This document shows, piece after piece, positions 6,747-15,011 of a stretch of DNA of 26,854 nt. The first letter of the stretch is position 1. Each line of letters starts with the position of its first letter. The DNA comes from Candidatus Altimarinota bacterium (lineage in GTDB: Bacteria > Patescibacteriota > Gracilibacteria > UBA1369), in NCBI GenBank assembly GCA_041659405.1, contig JBAZYK010000015.1, positions 1 through 26,854 on the forward strand. Direction: 5' to 3'. The notes beneath the pieces are model-generated. The model ran no database searches and was not told the DNA's origin. It saw nothing but the letters and a program-made list of their open reading frames with translations. The translations under genes were made by a program, and so were the position numbers.

Positions 6747-7067
6747 ATGACTTCAATCGAATATCTAAGACAATTTAAAGTTCTTGATTACGCCATTTTT
6801 GATCTTGTCTTATCCTTTGTGGGAATTTATTTACTCGCGCCTCTACTATCAAAAATCTTTCTAAAACTCCGACTAAAAATTTCCAAAAAAAGTTGGATGT
6901 TTTTAACCTTACCAATCAGCATTTTGGTCCATATAATGGTTGGAACCATGACTCCAATGACCAAATATTTTCTGGATATTCAGGATCATTATATTTTAAA
7001 AATAATAATCCTGGGCTTATTGGCCCTTGGAATAAAAGATATTAAAATTGTCCCAAAGAAAACTTAG
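6747..7067 (+). CDS. membrane protein, hypothetical
   Basis: 106 aa with about 3 hydrophobic segments. Confidence 0.5.
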   Translation: MTSIEYLRQFKVLDYAIFDLVLSFVGIYLLAPLLSKIFLKLRLKISKKSWMFLTLPISILVHIMVGTMTPMTKYFLDIQDHYILKIIILGLLALGIKDIKIVPKKT

Positions 7068-7074
7068 TTTTAGC

Positions 7075-7455
7075 CTAAGCCCAAAAACCCTGGTACGTCA
7101 GCCATAATCCAAGCAGAACCACAATTACCAAAGCTACTGGATACCAAGGTGTTAAGCTGACTTTTTTGATAATTTTCTTGGAAAAATCACTGAAAAACAA
7201 TCTGACAACCCCCTTTAGCAATGCAACCCAGCCTGTTAACGTAATAATTACACGCCAATCCGAGACCCAAAGATTATGGCTTGCCACCATCAAAATACCA
7301 ACTATCAAAGAAATTGAACCGGTTATCAGCAAAAAAGTATCATCCTGCGCCTCATGAATAATTAGCTTATAAGCTTTTTTATTTACCAACAAAGCAAGTC
7401 CAACCACGACAAAATAAGCCCCCAGAACTTTTGCCAGGAAAAGAGAAGTTTCCAT
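7075..7455 (-). CDS. membrane protein, hypothetical
   Basis: The ORF track extends to 7821, but that 5' part overlaps the opposite-strand HycG-like gene. I start at the internal METSLFLAKVLGAYFVVVGLALL (ATG 7455-7453), giving 126 aa and about 4 TM. Confidence 0.5.
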   Translation of the reverse strand: METSLFLAKVLGAYFVVVGLALLVNKKAYKLIIHEAQDDTFLLITGSISLIVGILMVASHNLWVSDWRVIITLTGWVALLKGVVRLFFSDFSKKIIKKVSLTPWYPVALVIVVLLGLWLTYQGFWA

Positions 7456-7585
7456 AGGAAGGAAATTAAAAAAATATTTCAACCGACAGAATTGTACATC
7501 CAAAAAGCAATTTTTCAAAAAATACATTGCTTTTTTCCCGCGAAAGTCTAAAAATGAGTCGGATTCTTTTTCTGCCAATGCTGAT

Positions 7586-8143
7586 ATGACTTTCTTAAAA
7601 CTGCTAGATCGACTTTTCTTCGGACCAAAAGTAACCGAGGATAAAAGCAAATTCCTCAGCGGAAAAGATATAAAAGCAAAATTCGCCCCACCAACGGAAG
7701 AAATCGGCAAAGAACTAAAAACAATCATCGCTAACCTATATGGCGGGCGATCTTTACGAATCCGCGCAGTAGATGGTGGTTCAAGTAATGGCGAAGAAAT
7801 CGAATTAACCGCTCTTGGCAATGCTTATTACGACATTGACCGCTTTGGACTTTCTTTTGTGGCATCTCCAAGACACGCCGACATGCTTTTTGTAACCGGA
7901 CCTGTCACCAGAAACCTGGAACGGGCCGTGCGCACCACTTACGAAGCCGCACCGCAGCCATGCATCGTTGTAGCCCTGGGTGATGGCGCCTGCACCGGCG
8001 GCATTTGGAAAAATTCCTATGCCGTGGTTGGCCCTGTCGAAAAAGTCATTCCCGTTCATTACAAAATCTATGGAGACCCACCAACTCCAACTCAAATTTT
8101 AAGCGGCCTTTTAAATATCTTAAAAAACAAAACTCAAAAATGA
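7586..8143 (+). CDS. NuoB/HycG-like hydrogenase small-subunit homolog lacking Fe-S ligands
   Basis: DRFGLSFVASPRHADMLFVTGPVTRNLERAV...VVALGDGACTGGIW...GDPPTP aligns with the HycG/NuoB family. The expected Cys positions read AVDGGSSNGEE, GDGACTGG and YGDPP, so only one Cys is retained. Confidence 0.85.
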   Translation: MTFLKLLDRLFFGPKVTEDKSKFLSGKDIKAKFAPPTEEIGKELKTIIANLYGGRSLRIRAVDGGSSNGEEIELTALGNAYYDIDRFGLSFVASPRHADMLFVTGPVTRNLERAVRTTYEAAPQPCIVVALGDGACTGGIWKNSYAVVGPVEKVIPVHYKIYGDPPTPTQILSGLLNILKNKTQK

Positions 8144-10152
8144 ATAATGAAGTTTTAATCACAACCGGTATTTTGGTGAGCCTGATCGGAACATTCGCAG
8201 GTGGAATTATTTCCTTATTTGGAAAAAACAATTTCATCCAGAGAACCGCGCAAATAGTTACAGCACTTGCACTTTTGCTTGGAACGGCTTCCTCGGGCGC
8301 TTTTTTAATGATGAACCTTCAACCGCTAACAATCTTTAATCTTGGAACTTTATTTCCCGGACAGTTTGTAATCGATCACCTTTCGGCAATCTTTTTTTTG
8401 CTTGTTAATGCAGTTGGATTTTTGGCGACAATCTACGGCACAAGATACGTTTTGAACGAAGCGCACCTTTATAATATTTCTTACGTCCAGTTTCTAACGT
8501 CATTTTTCCTTTTGGGAATGCAAATGGTTGTGCTTTCCACCAATGCCGTTTCCTTTCTTTTTTCCTGGGAAGTAATGTCACTCAGCAGCTTTTTATTGGT
8601 AATAGCCGACTTTAAACACTCTTCCATTAGAGCGGCAATTTTTTATTTGATCATGACTCATCTTGGAGCAGGAGCGCTTTTAGCCGGATTTCTTTTACTT
8701 TCCGGCGGTTCGTTAAGCCTTAACTTCAGCCAAATTGCTCAACTGGTTCCACAAATGTCTTCAATCACCGCCATCAGCGCATTTCTATTATTTTTCTTTG
8801 GATTTGGATCTAAATCGGGACTTTTCCCTTTTCATGGCTGGTTACCGGAAGCGCATCCACAAGCCCCAAGTCACATTTCAGCTTTAATGTCTGGAATTAT
8901 GCTAAAGATTGCCGTTTATGGATTTTTGCGGGTTATACTTTTCATGCTGCCGGTTATGCCAATCGAAATCGGCATGACAGTTACCGTAATCGGCTTATTT
9001 TCCGCAGTTTTTGGAGTTCTTTACGCTACAATTGAAACGGACATAAAACGAATTTTGGCTTTCAGCAGCATTGAAAACCTTGGTCTGATTTTTACGATGA
9101 TCGGAATTTATCTGATCGCCAAAAATTTACAAATGGATCTCCTGGCTCAAATCAGCCTTATAGTAATCTTGTTCCAGTCGATCTGCCACGCTTTTTTCAA
9201 GTCAGGTTTATTCATGAGCGCCGGCGTAATCGCCCAAACTTTCCACACCCGCAACATTGAAAAAATGGGCGGCATGGCCAAAAACATGAAACTGTTCTCT
9301 TTCGCGGTTTTGCTGCTTGCCTTAACCGCTGCGGCGTTACCACCTTCCGGTGCCTTCATTGGTGAATGGATTATTTTACAAACAATTATTGGAACCCTGG
9401 CTATTGCACCTTTAGGCTTTAAAATTATTTTGTTACTGACCTTTGTTGTGTTTGGTTTTGTTGCAGGAATGGCCGTTTTTGCCATGGTCAGATTTTTTGG
9501 AATCGCCTTTTTAGCAAAATCAAGAACAACCAACGCCCACGTTGAAGCCAATTTAAAACATGACCCGCAGGCGGAACTGCTTATACCAATCGTCATTTTG
9601 GCCTTTGTAGTTTTTGGACTGGGGTCGATTGCCCAGTTTATTACAAAAATAATCGGCAATGGCATTCTTACCGAATCTTATCAAAAAACATTTGATACAA
9701 GCTTCAACCTCTTTGGCACATCTTTCAATCCTTCAATGCTGTTGGTAATTATCGTCGCGGCAATTTTGGCGGCTTACCTCTTCCGCTATTTCACCTCAAA
9801 TCGCAAAAACGAACGCCAATATCACAGTTGGGATTGCGGCCAACCGATTGATGCTTCCATGGAATATACCGGCACAGCATTTGCTTCACCTCTGCGCTTT
9901 TTCTTTAACATGATCCTTCGCACAAATAAAAAAGTGGAATCTAAACCTGTGCTAGCCAGCAATCCCTGGATTACCAAAAAAAGCATCAGTATCGAAACTT
10001 ATCCAATTTGGGATCAATATTTTTATGAACCAATCGTCAAGCTGGTAGCTTTCATTTCGGCTAAAATCCGCAAACTTCAAAGCGGAATTATCCAGTTCTA
10101 CATCGCGTTAATTCTTATTACTCTCGTCATAACCGCAATCGCCACTCTATGA
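8140..10152 (+). CDS. HyfB/HycC/NuoL-like antiporter-type membrane subunit
   Basis: Start moved to ATG 8140 (ATGA overlap with the upstream stop) instead of 8005. Motifs FSWEVMSLSSF and FHGWLPEAHPQAPSHISALMSGIMLKIAVYG are typical of NuoL/M/N-type subunits. 670 aa, many TM. Confidence 0.85.
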   Translation: MNNEVLITTGILVSLIGTFAGGIISLFGKNNFIQRTAQIVTALALLLGTASSGAFLMMNLQPLTIFNLGTLFPGQFVIDHLSAIFFLLVNAVGFLATIYGTRYVLNEAHLYNISYVQFLTSFFLLGMQMVVLSTNAVSFLFSWEVMSLSSFLLVIADFKHSSIRAAIFYLIMTHLGAGALLAGFLLLSGGSLSLNFSQIAQLVPQMSSITAISAFLLFFFGFGSKSGLFPFHGWLPEAHPQAPSHISALMSGIMLKIAVYGFLRVILFMLPVMPIEIGMTVTVIGLFSAVFGVLYATIETDIKRILAFSSIENLGLIFTMIGIYLIAKNLQMDLLAQISLIVILFQSICHAFFKSGLFMSAGVIAQTFHTRNIEKMGGMAKNMKLFSFAVLLLALTAAALPPSGAFIGEWIILQTIIGTLAIAPLGFKIILLLTFVVFGFVAGMAVFAMVRFFGIAFLAKSRTTNAHVEANLKHDPQAELLIPIVILAFVVFGLGSIAQFITKIIGNGILTESYQKTFDTSFNLFGTSFNPSMLLVIIVAAILAAYLFRYFTSNRKNERQYHSWDCGQPIDASMEYTGTAFASPLRFFFNMILRTNKKVESKPVLASNPWITKKSISIETYPIWDQYFYEPIVKLVAFISAKIRKLQSGIIQFYIALILITLVITAIATL

Positions 10153-11096
10153 ATCTTCTCGTCATTTTTTATCAATTTTTGATCGTTGCTTTAGTCGCTC
10201 CTTTTGCAGCGGGACTGGTTAAATTTTTTAAAGCCAGACTCCAGGGACGCCGCGGCGCATCGCCATTTTTGCCTTACTTCACAATCCTGACTCTGCTCAA
10301 AAAACAAATGGTTATTTCGGAAAGTACCTCCTGGGTTTTCCGCATTTCTCCATTCATCGTTTTTGGAACATCTTTATTCATGGCACTGGTTTTACCTTTA
10401 ATGACAGCCAATCTCGCCCTGGTAACCTTCAGCAATTTCATCATCGTTGCCGGAATTTTAATTCTTGGCGCGATTTTTCTGGTTTTTGGCGGACTCGAAT
10501 CTGCTTCCGCCTTTGGTGGAATGGGAGCAAGCCGTGAAATGACCATCACTGCTTTAATCGAACCAACGGTTTTGCTGATTTTTGGGACTCTGGCACTCAA
10601 CAGCGGAAGCACGGAAATAAGCAACATGGTGCTTCATCTCGATTTCCTTAAAAATCCTTTTATCATCCCCACAATCCTAGCTTTAGCATTGGTCGCCCTT
10701 GCCGAAAACGCCCGCTATCCGGTGGATAATCCGGCTACACATTTGGAACTTACAATGGTTCACGAAGCCATGGTTTTGGAATATTCCGGTCCATATTTGG
10801 CGTTACTTGAATATGCTTCATTTCTTAAACTGACCTTCTTTTCGTTACTGGTCGCAAATTTCATCTGGCCAATCGGCTTAATTACAGGCTCAATCACAAA
10901 CAACTTTGCTTTATCTCTTGTCATTGCTCCACTCATCCTGCTGGCAAAAATAATTGTGATGATGTTTTTATTGGCACTTTTAGAATCCACAATCGTCAAA
11001 ATGCGTTTTTATCGCATTCAGGAATATGCAACTGTAGCCTTTTTCCTGGCTCTTGGCGGAATTATTTTGACTCTTGTTAATATCACCATCCTATGA
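10149..11096 (+). CDS. HycD/HyfC/NuoH-like membrane subunit
   Basis: 315 aa, polytopic. LQGRRGASPFLPYFTILTLLKK, GGMGASREMTI, and ENARYPVDNPATHLELTMVHEAMVLEYSG (compare the NuoH/HycD P.D..E.E.EL..G motif). ATGA overlap with the upstream gene. Confidence 0.85.
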   Translation: MNLLVIFYQFLIVALVAPFAAGLVKFFKARLQGRRGASPFLPYFTILTLLKKQMVISESTSWVFRISPFIVFGTSLFMALVLPLMTANLALVTFSNFIIVAGILILGAIFLVFGGLESASAFGGMGASREMTITALIEPTVLLIFGTLALNSGSTEISNMVLHLDFLKNPFIIPTILALALVALAENARYPVDNPATHLELTMVHEAMVLEYSGPYLALLEYASFLKLTFFSLLVANFIWPIGLITGSITNNFALSLVIAPLILLAKIIVMMFLLALLESTIVKMRFYRIQEYATVAFFLALGGIILTLVNITIL

Positions 11097-11773
11097 TCTC
11101 GACCCAACTTCTTGCCGATTTTTTTGCAGGCGGACTATTACTTGCCACTTTCATGATGATCGGCAAAATCCGCTTACTGCAGATGCTCCGCTATTTTGCG
11201 ATTGCCTCCTTTTTTCTGGCTGCTCTTGGCGGAATTATCGCCTTTTCACGCGGAGAACCGGAACTGTATATCGGCTCGATCGCCACAATTCTTTTCAAGG
11301 TAATTTTTATTCCCGCCTTCATTTCTTATACAGCCAAAAAAATCCCGTCTTCCTACCAGTTAAAAATGTATATAAAACCCGCTACCACCTATTTTCTTTT
11401 CGCACTGATTTTAATTATAAGTGCGATCATTGTCAGAAATTTACCTTTAACTTTTAGCAGCAGTGACGGCATTTTCCAGGATGTGTTTTTCTTCAGAAGC
11501 CTGCTTTTTATTTCCGTTGCGCTGATTTTATCGGGATTTTTACTCATCATCATCAGAAAAGATTTATTTTCACAGGTACTTGGTTTAATGACAATCGAAA
11601 ACGGTATCGCCGCTTTTGGGCTTGTAGCCTTAAACAACGTACCCCTATTCCTGGAAATGGGCGTCTTTTTTGTGATTATGGTTAGCACGATTATCCTGGC
11701 TCTCCTCACGGAAAAAGTCCACGAAGTGTACTCAAGCGGAGACACCGAAAATTTAAATGAATTAATTGACTGA
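11093..11773 (+). CDS. HyfE-like (NuoK-related) membrane subunit
   Basis: 226 aa. The C-terminal part LGLMTIENGIAAFGLVALNNVPLFLEMGVFFVIMVSTIIL matches the NuoK/HyfE pattern with two membrane Glu. Overlaps the upstream stop. Confidence 0.75.
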   Translation: MISTQLLADFFAGGLLLATFMMIGKIRLLQMLRYFAIASFFLAALGGIIAFSRGEPELYIGSIATILFKVIFIPAFISYTAKKIPSSYQLKMYIKPATTYFLFALILIISAIIVRNLPLTFSSSDGIFQDVFFFRSLLFISVALILSGFLLIIIRKDLFSQVLGLMTIENGIAAFGLVALNNVPLFLEMGVFFVIMVSTIILALLTEKVHEVYSSGDTENLNELID

Positions 11774-11780
11774 TCACACT

Positions 11781-13262
11781 ATGCCTATCCTAATTTTCGT
11801 CATCTTCACGTTAACTGCCATCTGTGCTTTTATCCCAAAGCAGGCTAAAAATGTTTTCAACCTGGTTTTGGGCATGGGCATTGTCTCTTCCGCAGTGGCT
11901 TTTTACACAATGATTCCCCCGCTATTTTCAAATCAAATTTTGGAACTGGGAGGAATGTTAAGAATCGATAAATTTTCCGCGCTGATTGGAGTTTTGATTA
12001 CAACTCTCTACTTTTTTGCGGTTTTAATCAGCCATCGCTACATTTCGGAAGAGTATCGCGAGGGAATTTTGAATTTATTTAAAGTGCGCCTTTATTATTT
12101 GCTGCTGCCATTATTTGCCCTAGCCATGTTAACCGTAATCATGGCCGACAACCTGGGATTATTGTGGCTGGCTCTGGAAACAACCACTTTAGTTACAACT
12201 CCATTGGTCGCAATTTACAAAAAAGACGGCTCGCTGGAGGCAGCTTGGAAATACATGATTTTATGTTCCCTTGGAATCAGTCTGGGACTTTTAGGAGTGC
12301 TTCTACTAAGCTACGCAGGCGTACAAAGTGGTCTTAGCGGCCTGGATTCAATGTCGATTAAAATGTTGATCACCAATGCTCCAAAAATGATTCCGGAAGT
12401 TATGAAATGGGCTTTTATTTTCTGTTTCATTGGACTTGGAACCAAAGTCGGCTTTTTCCCTTTACACACCTGGCTTCCGGACGCTCACGGCAGAACTCCG
12501 GCTCCTATTTCGGCAATGCTCTCCGGAATTCTTTTAAACGTCGCCCTTTACGCTTTATTAAGAGTTAAAGGAATCACCGATATCGCTTTAGGATCTGATC
12601 AATGGACCAATAATTTATTTTTGATTTTTGGGGTGATGTCCATAGTTGCCAGCGCCTTTTTTCTTTTCATCCAACGCAATTACAAAAGAATGTTGGCTTA
12701 TTCCAGCATGGAACACATGGGCTTAATTGCTGTAGCCATCGGCCTTGGCCCGCTTGGACTTGTTCCGGCCACCATGCACATGGTTGCCCACACACTTTCC
12801 AAATCATTACTTTTCTTTGGCTCCGGCGAAATTTTATTACACACCAAAACCGCCAAAATCTACAAAATAAAAAGCCTGATCAACCAATTACCAAAAACGG
12901 TTATTTTGTTTACCATCGGCATGATTTCCCTGCTGGCCTTCCCTCCATTTGCGACTTTTTCCAGCGAAGTAATGATTCTATCCGCGGCCATCACCAAAGG
13001 ACAAATCATCCCTTTCTTTTTGATCATAATTTCTTTGAGTATTATTTGTATCAGCTTTTTTAAACACGCTTTTGACATGTTTTCCCACAGTGAAGATCAA
13101 ACGGAAGACAGCGCTAAAATCGCTCAAGCAAAAGAAAAGTTCAATGTGACTCATCTGGTAATGATTATCCAAATTGTTCTTTTGATAGCGGGCGGAATTT
13201 TTATGTTTACCAATACCGGATTCGATTTCTTCTCAAGTATCGCTGACTCTATTTATCACTAA
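11781..13262 (+). CDS. HyfF/HyfD/NuoN(M)-like antiporter-type membrane subunit
   Basis: LALETTTLVTTPLVAIY and FPLHTWLPDAHGRTPAPISAMLSGILLNVALYA are typical. ATG 11781 chosen. TTG 11766 (8-nt overlap with the upstream gene) is an alternative start. Confidence 0.85.
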   Translation: MPILIFVIFTLTAICAFIPKQAKNVFNLVLGMGIVSSAVAFYTMIPPLFSNQILELGGMLRIDKFSALIGVLITTLYFFAVLISHRYISEEYREGILNLFKVRLYYLLLPLFALAMLTVIMADNLGLLWLALETTTLVTTPLVAIYKKDGSLEAAWKYMILCSLGISLGLLGVLLLSYAGVQSGLSGLDSMSIKMLITNAPKMIPEVMKWAFIFCFIGLGTKVGFFPLHTWLPDAHGRTPAPISAMLSGILLNVALYALLRVKGITDIALGSDQWTNNLFLIFGVMSIVASAFFLFIQRNYKRMLAYSSMEHMGLIAVAIGLGPLGLVPATMHMVAHTLSKSLLFFGSGEILLHTKTAKIYKIKSLINQLPKTVILFTIGMISLLAFPPFATFSSEVMILSAAITKGQIIPFFLIIISLSIICISFFKHAFDMFSHSEDQTEDSAKIAQAKEKFNVTHLVMIIQIVLLIAGGIFMFTNTGFDFFSSIADSIYH

Positions 13263-13276
13263 TTTTTGGCCGCACC

Positions 13277-14908
13277 ATGGAAAAGAAAACTACAATCAGC
13301 AAAGAAAACACGCAGCGACAAGCCACAAATCAGACTTCAAACCTTGAGGTCATCAAGACCGACGCCGAACATTTTAATAACATTGTTTTCAACCTTTTGG
13401 AAAAAAATTATCGTCTTGCGCACATGTTTGCCACTGACGATATCGCTTCAAACAAAACTTTTGGAGTGCACGTTTTGCTCACACCGGAAGCCAAAAACGA
13501 ATGGATTCAAGTTTCAATTGCCTTGCCGGAAAAAAATCCCAAATACGAATCTCTGACCAAAACTTTGCCTTCCACCAACTGGTACGAAAGATACATCATG
13601 GATATGTTTGGAATTGTTGCGGAAGGTCATCCCGACCACAGAAGGCTTGTTCATCACGAAAACATGCCACTCAATACTCATCCGTTACGCAAAGATTTTG
13701 CCTGGAACACGGTTTTGAAAAAAGAAAATCATCCTCATCCAATGCATCACGTTGAGGGAAATGGCATTTATGAAATTCCGGTTGGACCGATTCACGCCGG
13801 CATTATTGAACCGGGACATTTTCGTTTTAATGTAGCCGGAGAAAGAATTATCACGCTGGAAGGAAAATTATTTTTCACCCACAAGGGCGCGGAAAAAATC
13901 ATGGAAGGGAAAAAACTTGAAGAAGCTTTACCTTTTGTTGAAAGAATTTCCACAGATTCAGCCGCAGGGCATGCATTAGCCTACTGTCAGACAGTTGAAA
14001 AAATTACCAACACCAAAATAAGTGAAAAAGCCACACTTTTAAGAACTTTGATTGCCGAATTGGAGCGCATCACCATGCACATTCATGACCTTGCAAACAT
14101 TGCCGGCATGGGAACAGGTTACAGCGTAATGGCTGCACATGGCTTTAGAATCAAAGAAAAGCTGGTTCGTTTAAGTGAAGAACTTTTTGGTAATCGTTTT
14201 TGGCGAGGATTTATTGTACCGGGCGGAGTCGACAAAGATCTGGAAAAATCAGAACTAAAACTTATTTCCGAAACGACAAAAGAGGTTGTGGAAGAAATGC
14301 AGGATCTGCTTAAAATGGGCCTTAATTCAGATGGTTTATGCGAAAGACTTGTTAGTAGTGGCGTCTTAAAACCAGAAGCGGCCAAGGCTTATGGCGCAGT
14401 TGGAATTGCCGCCAGAGCTTCGGGGATCAACATGGACACCCGCGTTGATCACCCTTATGCAGCTTATCCAAAGCTTAATTTCACAGTTGCCGTAAAACAG
14501 GGTAATGGCGTTTTTGCCCGTTACATGGTCCGCGTTGAAGAATTGGAAGCAAGTTACGCAATGGTTCAGGAACTTCTTAAATTCTTGGGACAATCAAAAG
14601 AAGTTAAAGGAAAAGCTCACGTCAAAAGTGAAATCAATTTCATAGCTGCACAAAGCGCAAACAAAGCAAATCAAAAAAACGCAGCCGCTTCGGCAAACGA
14701 AGCCATTTCCGCAGTAGAAGGCTGGCGCGGCGAAATCATTTATTTCATCCGTTTGGACGAAAAAGGCCTGATTGATCGCATTTCCGTCCGTGATCCATCA
14801 TTCTGCAACTGGCCACTTTTTGGAGAAATCGGCCCAGGCAACATCGTCCCAGACTTCCCTCTTTGCAACAAATCGCTCGACCTAAGTTATTCCGGAACGG
14901 ATTTGTAA
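13277..14908 (+). CDS. HycE/HyfG-like fused NuoC-NuoD homolog (hydrogenase large-subunit-like) lacking NiFe ligands
   Basis: The N-terminal NuoC-like part includes WYERYIMDMFGIVAEGHPD. The large-subunit part includes EIPVGPIHAGIIEPGHFRF and VEGWRGE. The N-terminal metal motif reads ERISTDSAAGH (Ser codons 13949-51 and 13958-60 where R.CG.C..H has Cys). The C-terminal motif reads DLSYSGTDL (Ser 14885-87 and Gly 14894-96 where DPC..C has Cys). Confidence 0.85.
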   Translation: MEKKTTISKENTQRQATNQTSNLEVIKTDAEHFNNIVFNLLEKNYRLAHMFATDDIASNKTFGVHVLLTPEAKNEWIQVSIALPEKNPKYESLTKTLPSTNWYERYIMDMFGIVAEGHPDHRRLVHHENMPLNTHPLRKDFAWNTVLKKENHPHPMHHVEGNGIYEIPVGPIHAGIIEPGHFRFNVAGERIITLEGKLFFTHKGAEKIMEGKKLEEALPFVERISTDSAAGHALAYCQTVEKITNTKISEKATLLRTLIAELERITMHIHDLANIAGMGTGYSVMAAHGFRIKEKLVRLSEELFGNRFWRGFIVPGGVDKDLEKSELKLISETTKEVVEEMQDLLKMGLNSDGLCERLVSSGVLKPEAAKAYGAVGIAARASGINMDTRVDHPYAAYPKLNFTVAVKQGNGVFARYMVRVEELEASYAMVQELLKFLGQSKEVKGKAHVKSEINFIAAQSANKANQKNAAASANEAISAVEGWRGEIIYFIRLDEKGLIDRISVRDPSFCNWPLFGEIGPGNIVPDFPLCNKSLDLSYSGTDL

Positions 14909-15011
14909 GCCAGGAACAATCTTCAGTGTTCATTATCCAAACCCTAGGCAAAGTCGTTGATTTTCAGCCTAAAAGGTATACATTTGTGGCAAATAGCCAT
15001 ACGTATTTTTT

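Noticed and set aside
7456-7821. 5' extension of the minus-strand ORF 7075..7821
   Set aside because: The extension is antisense to the well-supported HycG/NuoB-like CDS and to the intergenic promoter region, and it is Ser/Pro/Arg-rich. The hydrophobic membrane protein begins naturally at the internal Met (7455).
8005-8139. Upstream start for the HyfB-like gene as given by the ORF track
   Set aside because: This segment overlaps the end of the HycG-like CDS in another frame. ATG 8140 gives an ATGA stop/start overlap and a sensible hydrophobic N-terminus.
9147-9665. Long antisense ORFs inside the membrane-subunit genes (for example 9147..9665, 10274..10627, 11389..11745 and 14119..14385)
   Set aside because: They are mirror-frame ORFs opposite strongly supported CDSs, with biased composition and no recognisable motifs.
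7586-14908. Calling the operon a functional [NiFe]-hydrogenase (hyc/hyf) or NADH dehydrogenase
   Set aside because: All four NiFe Cys ligands and three of four Fe-S ligands are substituted, and the ferredoxin-type subunit is missing. No NuoE/F/G genes are present, so neither assignment is supportable.
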